Source: an uncultured Pirellulaceae bacterium
GTDB lineage: Bacteria; Planctomycetota; Planctomycetia; Pirellulales; Pirellulaceae
DNA length: 29,539 nucleotides
Assembly: GCA_964519825.1 (NCBI GenBank)
Contig: CAZFLF010000001.1
Span: 1 to 29,539 of the forward strand
Direction of reading: 5' to 3'
Position 1 is the first letter of the stretch. Each line of letters starts with the position of its first letter. The notes under the pieces were generated by a model, which made no database searches, was not told the DNA's origin, and saw only the letters and a list, made by a program, of their open reading frames with translations. Positions 1 through 10,220 of the stretch are shown one piece after another. A program made the position numbers and the translations under genes.

Positions 1-3000
1 CTAACTGATAGTTCCCGTTCAGAATCTCATTGGCATTGACATTAGGATTGTTGGTAAATCCAGAAAACGGTCGAGCTCCAGTGATCATCTCGCCGCGTTC
101 CGCAAACCCGATGACGAGATCGTCAATGTAGACCCCCTCGTTCGGCGCAAAACTACTGTCTGAATAATCAAACCGCAACCGCAAATTGCCCTGCTCCGCG
201 AACGGCGCCAGGTCCACGCGGGCCTGCCGCCAGCCGGTCAACGTCGTGTCGAACAAAGGCGACACACCGGGCTGTGAGAACTGAGCCGGGCTGCTGGATC
301 CAACGATCGTCGTGACGTTTACGGAGTTGATGACCGACACTGTAAACGTGTCCTGCCCAGCTGTCTGATCGAGGAAATAATTAAAATACAGCACCGGGAG
401 GTCGAGGGCGGAGTACCCTTGCAAACTGAATGGATTCGATAAGAGCTCACCTGTTGCGCCCTGGGGAACGGATTGGCTGGCGCCGTCGCCAAAATAGAAA
501 CTCAGTCCAGCATTTCCACCCAGGTTCGATAGGGCGTGATTTTCCACCGACATGTGCAACGTGTAGATGGCACCGGGATTGACTCCCAAGACGGCCCCAG
601 CGGTTACCGGATCTACTTGCTCTACGGCAATGAAATAAGTGCCCGGGTTCGCAAAGGTCGTTTCGATGAACGGGTCACGCGTCGAAGTGCTGCCGGCTTG
701 TCCGAAGTTAATGGACGCCGTGTCGTTCGTGGCGACAACCGCACCCGTCACGTCAAAAATCGTCAACTGCAGGTCCGTGCTGGCCGGGTTCGTCAAGTCG
801 ATGTCGAAGATCCCCACACTATTGGCCACTGGCACCGTAAACGAGTAAAAATCGCGAGTTCCATTCCCCGTTCCGTCAATCGTCAAATGCGGAATCGTCC
901 TGGAAGTGTTTTGATTCGTCGAGTTGCCGATTTCATTGCTAAACAACAAATTCCACGGGCCAAAATTGACGTTCTGCGATCCGAACTGAGAGTCATTGGG
1001 TTCCACTTCCAACAACGTTACGCCGGCACTTAGCGTCACGTCCCGGCTCAAGTCAAACGCCGGCGTCAAACCATGTCCAATATCATTCGTGCGATTCAAT
1101 GTGGTCTGCCAAGAGGCTACGCCGGGAACTCCCGTGACCGGCGTCAAGAGTTCCGACACCACGGGTGCAGCGGCGGTTGACCCGCCCGAAACCCCAATAT
1201 GATCTTCAGCGATTCGCAAGACAGTATTGACGGGCTCCATCCGCAGGCGCGGATTGCTGGGCTGTGAATTGGTGAATTGATCCAAGTCGCGCGGCATTTG
1301 TCCGTTCGACGTGACTGCAACGAAATAGGTACCCTCCGGCAGTTCGGCAGGACCAATCGACGGATCTTTTGGTCCAACGCTGCCGCGCGACAAGTCCGAA
1401 AGATCGGCTCCCGCCAAGGGTCCGGATCTGTCTTCCGAGATATTGGAATCCCGGCCGACCAACACCAGTCTGCGATTGGCGTCGTACACCCAGATACTGG
1501 AATTGAACCGCACGAGGGCATCCGCGCCATCCACATCCAAGACTGTCGGGAAGTGATCGCACAGATTGAATGGATCGTTGGGAGTTTGTAAGGATCCCAG
1601 CGCGCAATTCACACTGTTCGGATTCGCAATGGCGGTGTAATGGACGTCAAATCGATAGAAATCAACATCGACCGAGGAGGACACGGTGCCTGCCACACTG
1701 ATCGCAGCCCGGTCGGAGGTCGCCAGGTTGCCGAGATTCTGCGGCTGATCGCCGGGGCGGATCGCATCGAGCACTAAACTATTGTTGCTGGCAAATGATC
1801 CGGTTAAATCGTCTTCCGCCGCTTCGCCCAGCAACGGTGAGTGTCGCGGGACGCCGATCAATTCGACGCCGTTGTTGGCGTAGCGAATGTCGGCATAACG
1901 AACGGTCGACCCGGGGAATTCATCCTTCTCACGCAATCGGATTTGGAATTGATAAACACCCTTAGTCAAACCATCATTACTGCGCACACGCAGATGGTAA
2001 GAACTCTTCGTGCCGGCATTGCCTGGAAGACCGATCCGCATTCCTGCATCGCGCGGATTGAGCGAATAGAAATCCTTCGGCAGGCCCGAGGCATGAGTCG
2101 CTGCATAGGGAGTCGGCGACTTTTGCAACGGATGGATCAGGTTCGGCTGAATCAACCCGGACACAAAGTCCACAGCCCCGTTAATGTTCTCGTCAATCGT
2201 GTCGTTGGACCGCGCCAGGATTTGACCGTTGGAATCCAACAACTCAATCACGGAATCCAACGCAAATAGGCTGCGGTCGATGTCCAGCCATAACTCCGTG
2301 CCGGCGGTGGCAGTGAAACTATAGACATCGATATCGTTGCGGTCGTTCAGCAGACCCTGAATCTCATATCCCATCCGGAGATTCTCATCCCCCGTTTGCT
2401 CGTTGGACGCCAAACTGCCCAGTAACTGAGCCGTATTCACGGTCGCATTCGTGCCTGGCGCCGTGATATCGGCCGATTCCATTTCGGTCACGATTTCTAC
2501 GTTACGGTCGTTGCTGTCTTGGTCGAGTCGCAGACTTCGCCAATCGTTCGGACGAGGGATGGTGGCGAGGCCGTTATTGTTGGTATCGGTCTGAGGACGC
2601 TCATCGGGTTGCAACCCCGCACCGACGGTGTCGTCGTTTAACGACGTCAACACCACTGGGAAGCCCGGTTGTCCCACGACATGCACGGTGCCGCCGATCC
2701 GATCTTCGATCTCCAGGCGTCTTCCTAAAATAGTGAATCCCGCGCCGTTGTAAGCATTGCGGTTCGAGATCGCACCGTCGTCGATCATGTTGTACGAGTT
2801 ATTCAGCCGTCCCGGTCCCAGCAGCTTGATGACCAGGCTCTCGGTGGAACTGCTTTGCAGCCGCAATCCTCCGTACGTGTGATGTTCGGGCACCACGACT
2901 TCATCGAACGCCCAAATACGAAACCCGTTTCGTGGATCTTGTTGATCGAATTGATTAGTCACTACGTGGACGATGTCGGTATCGTCCCACACGCTTTGCG

Positions 3001-6000
3001 TGGTCAATACTTCACCACGAACCACCATCGCATTCAGGGCGTTGTTGGATAGCCGGTTGTTACGAACCAACGGCCCACGGTTATCTTGGTCGCCTTCGAT
3101 GGCATCGATAAACCCGGTTGATCGACCGTAGTCGACCACAGTTTCGGAGATCAACGAGTTGGCGTTGATCGTCAACACCGGCGATTGGAACGCCGGTGAG
3201 GTCCGATCGGGATCGTTCGCGGCCTTGTATTGAACGTTGTTGTCCCGGAAGGTGTTGTCAAAGATGATCGGTTGAGCACCGCGCACGAACACAGTTCCGA
3301 CGCGGTTATATCCACGACCGAACCGATCCAGTGGTCCTTGTCCGCCGACACCTTCCGCATTGTTTTCGATGATGCTGTGGGCCAGACGGAACTCTGCCTG
3401 ATGGACTTCCAGGACATTGACACCGGTAAACGTCCCTTCGATTTTCGAGACTCCGCCGCCATAGGCGATGACCGCGTGATCGATGCTGCCTCGACTGAGC
3501 GGTCCAAAAAACAAACCGCCCCAGTTACCAGGACGCGGCAGGGTTTGATTCACAACTTGCCGCGCGTCGTCGTTGGTATCAAACGTACCGCCAGCACCAT
3601 ATTTGTCGTCCGCGCGCGACGTGAAAATGACTTCCTGTCCGACTAGTCCCTCCGCGATGAACTGAGCTCCAAAGTTGGCTTCGATACGCCCGCCTTCCGA
3701 CTTCACTACCGTTCCGGGATCAATCGCCAGCCGAGCGTGTGGCCGCGCGCGAATCACGCCGAAGGCGGACGGATCGAGCGTGGCATCCTCGGTGAAACCG
3801 TCATCGATATAGGTCGAACTTGTGGCGTCAATTTCCGCGATGAGCCGGTAGGGACCAATGCCGCCGACGGTACTGCGGTAGATCCGCCGCGCGACGAATT
3901 CGCCAGTCACAGCCGGCAAATTGTCGAGCCGGATGCCTCCTCCAGTGGGAGCTCCGGAGATCGAAACGGTCGTGGTCGGATCGGAAGAGGCTCCCTCGCG
4001 GCCGAGCGCGTCTACAAACACAATGCGATAATTGTAGTCGCCAATTTCCAGCGATCCGCGGGGCTGTACCGTCGAGGTTACTGGTTCGGACGGCGGTGGA
4101 TCGCGCTGCAAAACCGACGACAACGTCGTGCCGCGGTCGACGAAGACGGTATCCGAACCATTGATTTCTGCCACCAGCCGATAGACACGTCCAGCCGGAT
4201 CATCCGTGCGATAGATTCGCCGGCGAGTGAAATCGCCCGTGACCGGTGGCAGCTGATTGAGCTGGATCGCGTTGTTTGCTCCCGTTAGTGTGAAGCTCGC
4301 GGTCGGATTCGACGGTCGACCCTCAAAACCATTCGAATCGACAAAAGTGACCTTGTAGTCATACGTGCCCAGAGCAAGTGTTCCGCCGGTGCGCGGTGTA
4401 AAGGTCACCAGATCGACCGCCGGACGGAGGAGGTCCAAGAACGGCTCGCTGGAGCTGCCTTGAATCACCAGATTCTCCGCCAAAACATGCACGATGTCGG
4501 TGTCATCAAACCGGCCGGACACGGTCAACGGCTGCAACGAATTCCCAGCAGGAGTTTCAATCTTGATGAATAGACCATTCGTCGAATTGTTAATCAGTGT
4601 GTTGGAGTGGATCTCAGGCCCAACGCGCTCGTAGTCCGATGTAAATGTCCCGGCGGTTTGGTAGCGCGGCGAATGGAAATTGGTTTCGTCGAAACTGTTC
4701 GGGGAGGCCGACATGGCTGAGTCGGCGCTCTCGGTGATGCGATTGAATGAAATGGTCGGACGAACGTCCAACATTTGTATTGGATTGACGACTTGCTGGT
4801 TGCCGTCGATTACGACACCGCCGCCACCGCCATAGCGGATGTCGGCGTGGTTGACATAATTCAGAAAGATGCCGTCGTTCTCCAAATTCGGTCGCGACTC
4901 GGCGTCGTCCAAATCGGCGCGGAACATCAGTCCGCCCCAGTCGCCTCGAGCTGGAACGGTCGGCGACGAGGTCGTATCGCGCCCCACGGACTCGTCCAAC
5001 CAAGAAGTGAAATAGACCGACCCGGGCAACGGGTTGCCGGCGGCATCACGCAACACCGCGCCAGTCTGGGGATCGAGCAGGACCGGTGCCCCAAGAATCT
5101 GCAGCGCGCCTCCGCTACGATCGACCGTCAAGCTCGTACTGCCGACGCCGACAAAGGAACGCCGCATTTTGAACACTGCGGCGGGATCGATCATGACCGT
5201 CACGCCGCGCGGCACGGCCATTTCTGTGCCATCACTCAGTGGGCCTGGCAACGTGCCGAATCCAATTTCGTAGGCGAAGTTGTCGTTGATGGTCCCCACA
5301 TTTCCGTCTGATCCGCCGTTCCCAACGATCCGCACGATGTCGCCCGGATGCGCTGCGGCAAAGGCGTTCGCAATTCCCGTCCTCGCTATATTGTTGAACG
5401 GCTTGGCGAGCGAACCGTCGGCGTTTGGATCGGCCTGTTTGTCCACGAAGATCGTCTTGCCTTCGATCACCATGCCGACGAAGCCTGAGCTCAGACTCAG
5501 CGTCCGCTCTCCGGTTAACGTCAGGCGATTCCCCGTGACGGAAACTCCCACGTTGAAGCCGGCGCCGGCGATCGCCGTGGCCAGAGCCTGGGCCAAATCG
5601 GAAGAAGTCGCAGATGTTGAAAACGAAACTCGGGTATTCCCCCCTCCACTCAGGCTATTGTTTGAATCAAATTCGAACTGCCGTACGACACCTTGGCTAT
5701 TGGTAATCGAGATGACTTGCCCGTCGCGAATGGTGGAGCCGTCACCGGTGATCTCCAGAACCCGGAGCAAGGGTCGCGTCTGGAACCAGAAGCTGTGGAC
5801 GCCGCCAGCCACCCCATCTCCGTCTCCGTCGAGCACGGTGAAGTCGCCATCCTTGTCACGAATGGCGTTCTCCTCTTCGACCTGAGACCGGAAATTCAAA
5901 CGGAGGTCATACGATCCCTGGCTGCGCCCATTAATGCCGGTGCCCGCGACTGTCGGATCATATTGGTCGTTCCCCCGCGCGCTGACGCCGATATAGTACA

Positions 6001-9000
6001 CGCCGGGCGACAGATTCAACTCAATATACGAGTCGCGGCTGAAGTAATCGTCATTGCGGGCGATTAATTCACGGCTGCCGTCAGCATTCTCCCGATACAG
6101 GGTCAACGTGGTGTCCAACAAGCTGGAGTTCGGCAGGCGTTCGGCAAACGTCTCCGCCGTGAAATCTCCGGCGCGCCCAGCGTCCAAATCGATCGTGAAC
6201 CGGTACAAATCGATGTCGACCCCGTCCGGCCGATATAAACGTTGACCGTGGATGACATCGGCATTATCGGGGAAAATGGGCTCCGGCTCCGGGTCATTGA
6301 GGAATGGAGACGTCGCGGTGAACCTGGCCATCAACGCGGAGACGGGTAGGTCATTCGCCAACCCGAGACCCAACATGCTGCCGACGCCGACCATGGCGTT
6401 CAGGAACCAATTCGCGCCGTAGTCATCAGTCCACTGAAACCCGTTGTCCATGACCAATAAACTTTCAGCGAATCTCGGATCAACTCGGACCCGGAAATTG
6501 TTGCTCGGAAAGTTCAGGACGTCGGGTAACTGAGTACTGAGAGAATTGATATCTCCGGTGGCAACTGTGAGTCCCTCGCGAGCCGACTCGACAAACTGCA
6601 CGCCCAAATACCGTCCCCATAGTTTGAACGCCTCGCGCGCGCGCTCACGCTGCTGGGCCGTAATCGCGTTGGACAGCGGAATCCCCTGGGGGTCCGAACC
6701 GTAGTCATCGCGAAAGTTGTACAGGATCGTCGTGACCCCAGGCGTGGAGTCACGTCCGTTATCCTGAAAATCGTTATTGATGTGTTGTTCGACACCGAAG
6801 CCAACCTCTTCCGGAATGTCACGATGCCCAGGCTCGTCGTTTCCGCCAGGATAATCCAGCAAGAACGGCAGCGGATCGATCGTCGACGAAATCGTCAAGC
6901 CTTGCGAGGTCTTCACGATGCCGGAGAGGCCGTCGCTCAACAATACCTGCCGATCATTGGTCAAACTGATCTGATCTCCGACGGCAGTGGCTTCAACGTT
7001 GAACGCCGCCGAATTGATTGCGGAGGCAATGCTTTCGGCTAACTCGGTCGGCGTGCTGGCGGCGGAATAAGTGATGGGTCTGGCCAACGGATCGACTTGC
7101 ACACCAATGCCGTCGAAGAACTCGAATGCGACCGTGGTCCCTTGATCGTCGCGAATGCGAATCGTCTGACCGTTGTGGAATCGGTCGCCAGACTGGGTGA
7201 CCCGGAGGGTGGGTCCGGCGTCAAATCGCCCCTCCAAGGTGAGCCGCAGCCCCGACACATCGACCGGAATGCGAACTGCTTGGTCGCCGGTCAACCGAAT
7301 CCGATTCCCGGCGGCCAAAGCCGAAGCCTGAAACGGCGGCGCAACCGTTGGCACAATCGCTGCCGCAATCGCAGCGGCCATCTGGTTCGCGTCAAACGAA
7401 GCATGCGGAACAAACGGTACCGCCACGTGACCAGCCGCAACGCCGCGCCTTCCGGTTAATGATAGATTCGAACCGGTTGGCGCCACGTCCACGTCGCCAA
7501 GATGGACCCGCCCGTTCCCGATATCCAGCGGGCGCACGCCAGTCAGCACATTTGCGGCAACCGCAGCTGCAATGGCATTCGCCGTTTTGGCAGCGATGGT
7601 GAGAAACGTGTCCGCGATGGGACCCGTAACAAACGGAATTGGTTGGTTTCCAGGCGTGAAACTTGCGTTGCTGTCGAACTCGAACGTGACGGCCCCGGCC
7701 CCCTGGCCGACGACAAAGGTCTGGCCGTCGAGAGTCGTAACATCAAACGCCAGTCGCGTCAGCGTACTCCCGGTGACATTGACCGTCGCGCCGGGGGCGG
7801 TGGAGCGAATTTGCACTACGCCTCCACCAAAATTAGCCGTCGAGATGCCGGAAAGTCTCCCTTGCAGAACCGCTTGCCGGATCGCGTCCGCAATCAAACC
7901 ACCGAGCTTATCGGCCGAGTCACCAGCCTGGAATCGGATTGGTATGCGACCGGCCACCACCGTAACCGTCGGATCAGAATCGAATTCAAAAGTCACGGAG
8001 ACCGCGCCGCTGTCCGTGACAGAGAAACTCTGTCCATTAACGATGCCAGTCGCCGCCGCACCAACTACTGGGACTTGCAGTCCGAGCGGAGGGGCGATCT
8101 GTAGCGTGATTCCGCTGTCAAATTCCAACGTTCGGGTATTGTTGGGGTTGGCACTGTCGACGACTTGGATCGTTTGCCCTTCGATGAAACCAGCACCGCT
8201 GGCCGTAACCTCGAGCACCTGACCATTATCAAAGCGATTCTGGAATTGTTTGACGATCCCGTGGGCACCGCTGCTGACATCAACCTTTAGATCCCCGATC
8301 GCATCGCCGACAAAACGAATCTCGTTGCCGGCTAACACCGCGCGGACGCCAAAACTGGCGCTATTGATCGCATTCACAATGGAGTTGGCGATTTCCGCCG
8401 GCGTGTCATTGACGTCAACCGAAATACCAGTGGCAACCGCGTCGTTTTTGATGGCCGGAACATCGGTGTCAAATTCAAACTTCCGGCGAACATTGGCCGC
8501 GTCGGTGATCTCGAAGAAGTCGCCGTCGACGAACGAGATCCCGCTGCCAACAACAGCCACCACCGGGCCGACATCGGTGTCGTCGGCCAGATTCGTGGCG
8601 GTGTCGAATGAACTTCCCAGGCCACTCATCTCGAGCGGCGAGTAGGTCACCGCCCGATCCCCGACTTTGGTCGCCGCAGCTCCACCGCTGATGGAAGCCA
8701 CCAGCAACTTTCTGGCCTCCGCGTGGCTGTTGACTGCCGCGACAACATCTCCCGCCGTCGACTCGTTGTTGAGGTTGGAGTTCAAATCAATCGACACGGC
8801 CTTGCCGACCACATGGACCAAAGGAGCCCCCGCCGCGCCTTGATCGTGGCGCGATACAAACACCGATATCCCTTGTTCACCCGGGCGCACGGCCGTGAAC
8901 TGGATGACGACCTGATCGTCGGTGTTGAAGTCCGAGGAGATTTCCTGCACCGGGGACAACGACAATGGCGGCAACGGTGCCGCTTCGTCCGTCCCAACCC

Positions 9001-9919
9001 GTAAGCGGAAATTCCCTGGTCCAATCAGCACTCCATTGTCTGGGTTCAGCAATTGGTCCAAGTCTTGAGCAAAGGTCAGCGTCGCGATATCCGACGCGGG
9101 ATCGTAGACCACAGTCGTCGGTTGAATTACCACGTCGTCCGTGTTTCGAACGGTGTCATTAGTAAAGATCAGCTGATAAAACTCGGGGTTCTCCGCGGAT
9201 GTCGGCAGCGGACGACCGAGCCCATCGCTCTCCTTCAACAAATCGTCGTTGTTGAAGTAAACCTGGATCTGGTTGCGGGCTTGCGTTAACGCTCCTTGGT
9301 TGCGCGAAATGGGTTGTGGGACAACCGCGACAACCTGCGGACCCAAATCCAATTCAAACCGCACGGTGTCCTTCGTCGCATCGCCGTCACCGTCGTTGAG
9401 TGTCGGGACAAATGACAAAGCACCCTGACCAGGTTGCGTCGGTAGATTACGCAGCGGCGTGGCCGACCCGGCCCCCAGAATCTCGATCTGATATAGGTCG
9501 TCCGGCAACGATTCGGCAAAGCGGATCACCACTTCATTCTGACGCGGCGCGGCCCCCACACCGATAAAACCAGGAACCACGACGTCTTGCGGTTGATTGC
9601 CGATGATTCCGTCGGCTCCTCCGCGGACAATCCGAATCGCATTGAGCGTAGTCGGATCAATCTGTTGATTCTCATCGAACCGAATCGTCACTTGCCTCGG
9701 AGCTTCCGACCGGACATTGGCGCTCGGGTCGGAAAACGAAAACAGATCGCTGTTGTTCGGCTGCAAACCGGTCAACTGAGGGCCATTCGCCAACAGGCGA
9801 CGGTCTTCTAATGATTCCAATAAGAGCCTGCGTTCCATCGCACGCTCGCCCTCGGAACTGGGCTTCCTCCGCTGGCGTTTCGAGACGAATTGCGCAAAAC
9901 GAGATCGTCGCATAGTCAT
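1..9919 (-). CDS. Giant secreted/surface multidomain protein (>3300 aa, 3' end outside window). Order of parts: planctomycete extracellular motif, Ig-like domains, repeated FEFD modules, degenerate M10-like metalloprotease domain, PPC domains, right-handed beta-helix units, MAM/jelly-roll-like domain
   Basis: Not in the ORF track because it has no stop in the window. ATG at 9919 reads MTMRRSRFAQFVSKRQRRKPSSEGERAMERRLLLESLEDRRLLANGP. The same frame gives coherent protein at every spot I translated (~8400, 7000, 6350, 6000, 4950, 3500, 2400, 2-240). The track lists no minus-strand ORF in this frame between 1 and 9900, consistent with no internal stop. PPC-like sequence ARNDDYFSRDSYIELNLSPGVYYIGVS occurs at ~5980-6060. 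Confidence 0.93.
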   Translation of the reverse strand, partial: MTMRRSRFAQFVSKRQRRKPSSEGERAMERRLLLESLEDRRLLANGPQLTGLQPNNSDLFSFSDPSANVRSEAPRQVTIRFDENQQIDPTTLNAIRIVRGGADGIIGNQPQDVVVPGFIGVGAAPRQNEVVIRFAESLPDDLYQIEILGAGSATPLRNLPTQPGQGALSFVPTLNDGDGDATKDTVRFELDLGPQVVAVVPQPISRNQGALTQARNQIQVYFNNDDLLKESDGLGRPLPTSAENPEFYQLIFTNDTVRNTDDVVIQPTTVVYDPASDIATLTFAQDLDQLLNPDNGVLIGPGNFRLRVGTDEAAPLPPLSLSPVQEISSDFNTDDQVVIQFTAVRPGEQGISVFVSRHDQGAAGAPLVHVVGKAVSIDLNSNLNNESTAGDVVAAVNSHAEARKLLVASISGGAAATKVGDRAVTYSPLEMSGLGSSFDTATNLADDTDVGPVVAVVGSGISFVDGDFFEITDAANVRRKFEFDTDVPAIKNDAVATGISVDVNDTPAEIANSIVNAINSASFGVRAVLAGNEIRFVGDAIGDLKVDVSSGAHGIVKQFQNRFDNGQVLEVTASGAGFIEGQTIQVVDSANPNNTRTLEFDSGITLQIAPPLGLQVPVVGAAATGIVNGQSFSVTDSGAVSVTFEFDSDPTVTVVAGRIPIRFQAGDSADKLGGLIADAIRQAVLQGRLSGISTANFGGGVVQIRSTAPGATVNVTGSTLTRLAFDVTTLDGQTFVVGQGAGAVTFEFDSNASFTPGNQPIPFVTGPIADTFLTIAAKTANAIAAAVAANVLTGVRPLDIGNGRVHLGDVDVAPTGSNLSLTGRRGVAAGHVAVPFVPHASFDANQMAAAIAAAIVPTVAPPFQASALAAGNRIRLTGDQAVRIPVDVSGLRLTLEGRFDAGPTLRVTQSGDRFHNGQTIRIRDDQGTTVAFEFFDGIGVQVDPLARPITYSAASTPTELAESIASAINSAAFNVEATAVGDQISLTNDRQVLLSDGLSGIVKTSQGLTISSTIDPLPFLLDYPGGNDEPGHRDIPEEVGFGVEQHINNDFQDNGRDSTPGVTTILYNFRDDYGSDPQGIPLSNAITAQQRERAREAFKLWGRYLGVQFVESAREGLTVATGDINSLSTQLPDVLNFPSNNFRVRVDPRFAESLLVMDNGFQWTDDYGANWFLNAMVGVGSMLGLGLANDLPVSALMARFTATSPFLNDPEPEPIFPDNADVIHGQRLYRPDGVDIDLYRFTIDLDAGRAGDFTAETFAERLPNSSLLDTTLTLYRENADGSRELIARNDDYFSRDSYIELNLSPGVYYIGVSARGNDQYDPTVAGTGINGRSQGSYDLRLNFRSQVEEENAIRDKDGDFTVLDGDGDGVAGGVHSFWFQTRPLLRVLEITGDGSTIRDGQVISITNSQGVVRQFEFDSNNSLSGGGNTRVSFSTSATSSDLAQALATAIAGAGFNVGVSVTGNRLTLTGERTLSLSSGFVGMVIEGKTIFVDKQADPNADGSLAKPFNNIARTGIANAFAAAHPGDIVRIVGNGGSDGNVGTINDNFAYEIGFGTLPGPLSDGTEMAVPRGVTVMIDPAAVFKMRRSFVGVGSTSLTVDRSGGALQILGAPVLLDPQTGAVLRDAAGNPLPGSVYFTSWLDESVGRDTTSSPTVPARGDWGGLMFRADLDDAESRPNLENDGIFLNYVNHADIRYGGGGGVVIDGNQQVVNPIQMLDVRPTISFNRITESADSAMSASPNSFDETNFHSPRYQTAGTFTSDYERVGPEIHSNTLINNSTNGLFIKIETPAGNSLQPLTVSGRFDDTDIVHVLAENLVIQGSSSEPFLDLLRPAVDLVTFTPRTGGTLALGTYDYKVTFVDSNGFEGRPSNPTASFTLTGANNAIQLNQLPPVTGDFTRRRIYRTDDPAGRVYRLVAEINGSDTVFVDRGTTLSSVLQRDPPPSEPVTSTVQPRGSLEIGDYNYRIVFVDALGREGASSDPTTTVSISGAPTGGGIRLDNLPAVTGEFVARRIYRSTVGGIGPYRLIAEIDATSSTYIDDGFTEDATLDPSAFGVIRARPHARLAIDPGTVVKSEGGRIEANFGAQFIAEGLVGQEVIFTSRADDKYGAGGTFDTNDDARQVVNQTLPRPGNWGGLFFGPLSRGSIDHAVIAYGGGVSKIEGTFTGVNVLEVHQAEFRLAHSIIENNAEGVGGQGPLDRFGRGYNRVGTVFVRGAQPIIFDNTFRDNNVQYKAANDPDRTSPAFQSPVLTINANSLISETVVDYGRSTGFIDAIEGDQDNRGPLVRNNRLSNNALNAMVVRGEVLTTQSVWDDTDIVHVVTNQFDQQDPRNGFRIWAFDEVVVPEHHTYGGLRLQSSSTESLVIKLLGPGRLNNSYNMIDDGAISNRNAYNGAGFTILGRRLEIEDRIGGTVHVVGQPGFPVVLTSLNDDTVGAGLQPDERPQTDTNNNGLATIPRPNDWRSLRLDQDSNDRNVEIVTEMESADITAPGTNATVNTAQLLGSLASNEQTGDENLRMGYEIQGLLNDRNDIDVYSFTATAGTELWLDIDRSLFALDSVIELLDSNGQILARSNDTIDENINGAVDFVSGLIQPNLIHPLQKSPTPYAATHASGLPKDFYSLNPRDAGMRIGLPGNAGTKSSYHLRVRSNDGLTKGVYQFQIRLREKDEFPGSTVRYADIRYANNGVELIGVPRHSPLLGEAAEDDLTGSFASNNSLVLDAIRPGDQPQNLGNLATSDRAAISVAGTVSSSVDVDFYRFDVHYTAIANPNSVNCALGSLQTPNDPFNLCDHFPTVLDVDGADALVRFNSSIWVYDANRRLVLVGRDSNISEDRSGPLAGADLSDLSRGSVGPKDPSIGPAELPEGTYFVAVTSNGQMPRDLDQFTNSQPSNPRLRMEPVNTVLRIAEDHIGVSGGSTAAAPVVSELLTPVTGVPGVASWQTTLNRTNDIGHGLTPAFDLSRDVTLSAGVTLLEVEPNDSQFGSQNVNFGPWNLLFSNEIGNSTNQNTSRTIPHLTIDGTGNGTRDFYSFTVPVANSVGIFDIDLTNPASTDLQLTIFDVTGAVVATNDTASINFGQAGSTSTRDPFIETTFANPGTYFIAVEQVDPVTAGAVLGVNPGAIYTLHMSVENHALSNLGGNAGLSFYFGDGASQSVPQGATGELLSNPFSLQGYSALDLPVLYFNYFLDQTAGQDTFTVSVINSVNVTTIVGSSSPAQFSQPGVSPLFDTTLTGWRQARVDLAPFAEQGNLRLRFDYSDSSFAPNEGVYIDDLVIGFAERGEMITGARPFSGFTNNPNVNANEILNGNYQL

Positions 9920-10220
9920 GAACCGGCCCTCACGTCACTTGGTTGTAGCCAAGGCGCGGTGTGATGGGTCTTAATCGTAAAACAGGAAATATAAACAGCT
10001 TGCGTGGCTGGTTTTTTAGCGTGGGGATTAACCATTTGTCGCAGTAAATCCCTATGCAGAGCGAAGTTTCCGTAGATTCCCTCGATTATAGTTGGGCAAG
10101 AGGTCATTGCAACAAAATGGGAGCACCCGATGCATGTATCCCAGATTGCCCAATTAATCAACTGAAGCCCCAAAGAGACTCAACAGATTTGGTGCACGTG
10201 GCTTCGCGGTCAAAGCAGAC

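Noticed and set aside
536-9811. Numerous 60-216 aa ORFs on the + strand and in alternative minus frames
   Set aside because: They are shadows of the giant minus-strand gene. None has recognisable motifs, while the giant frame is coherent throughout.
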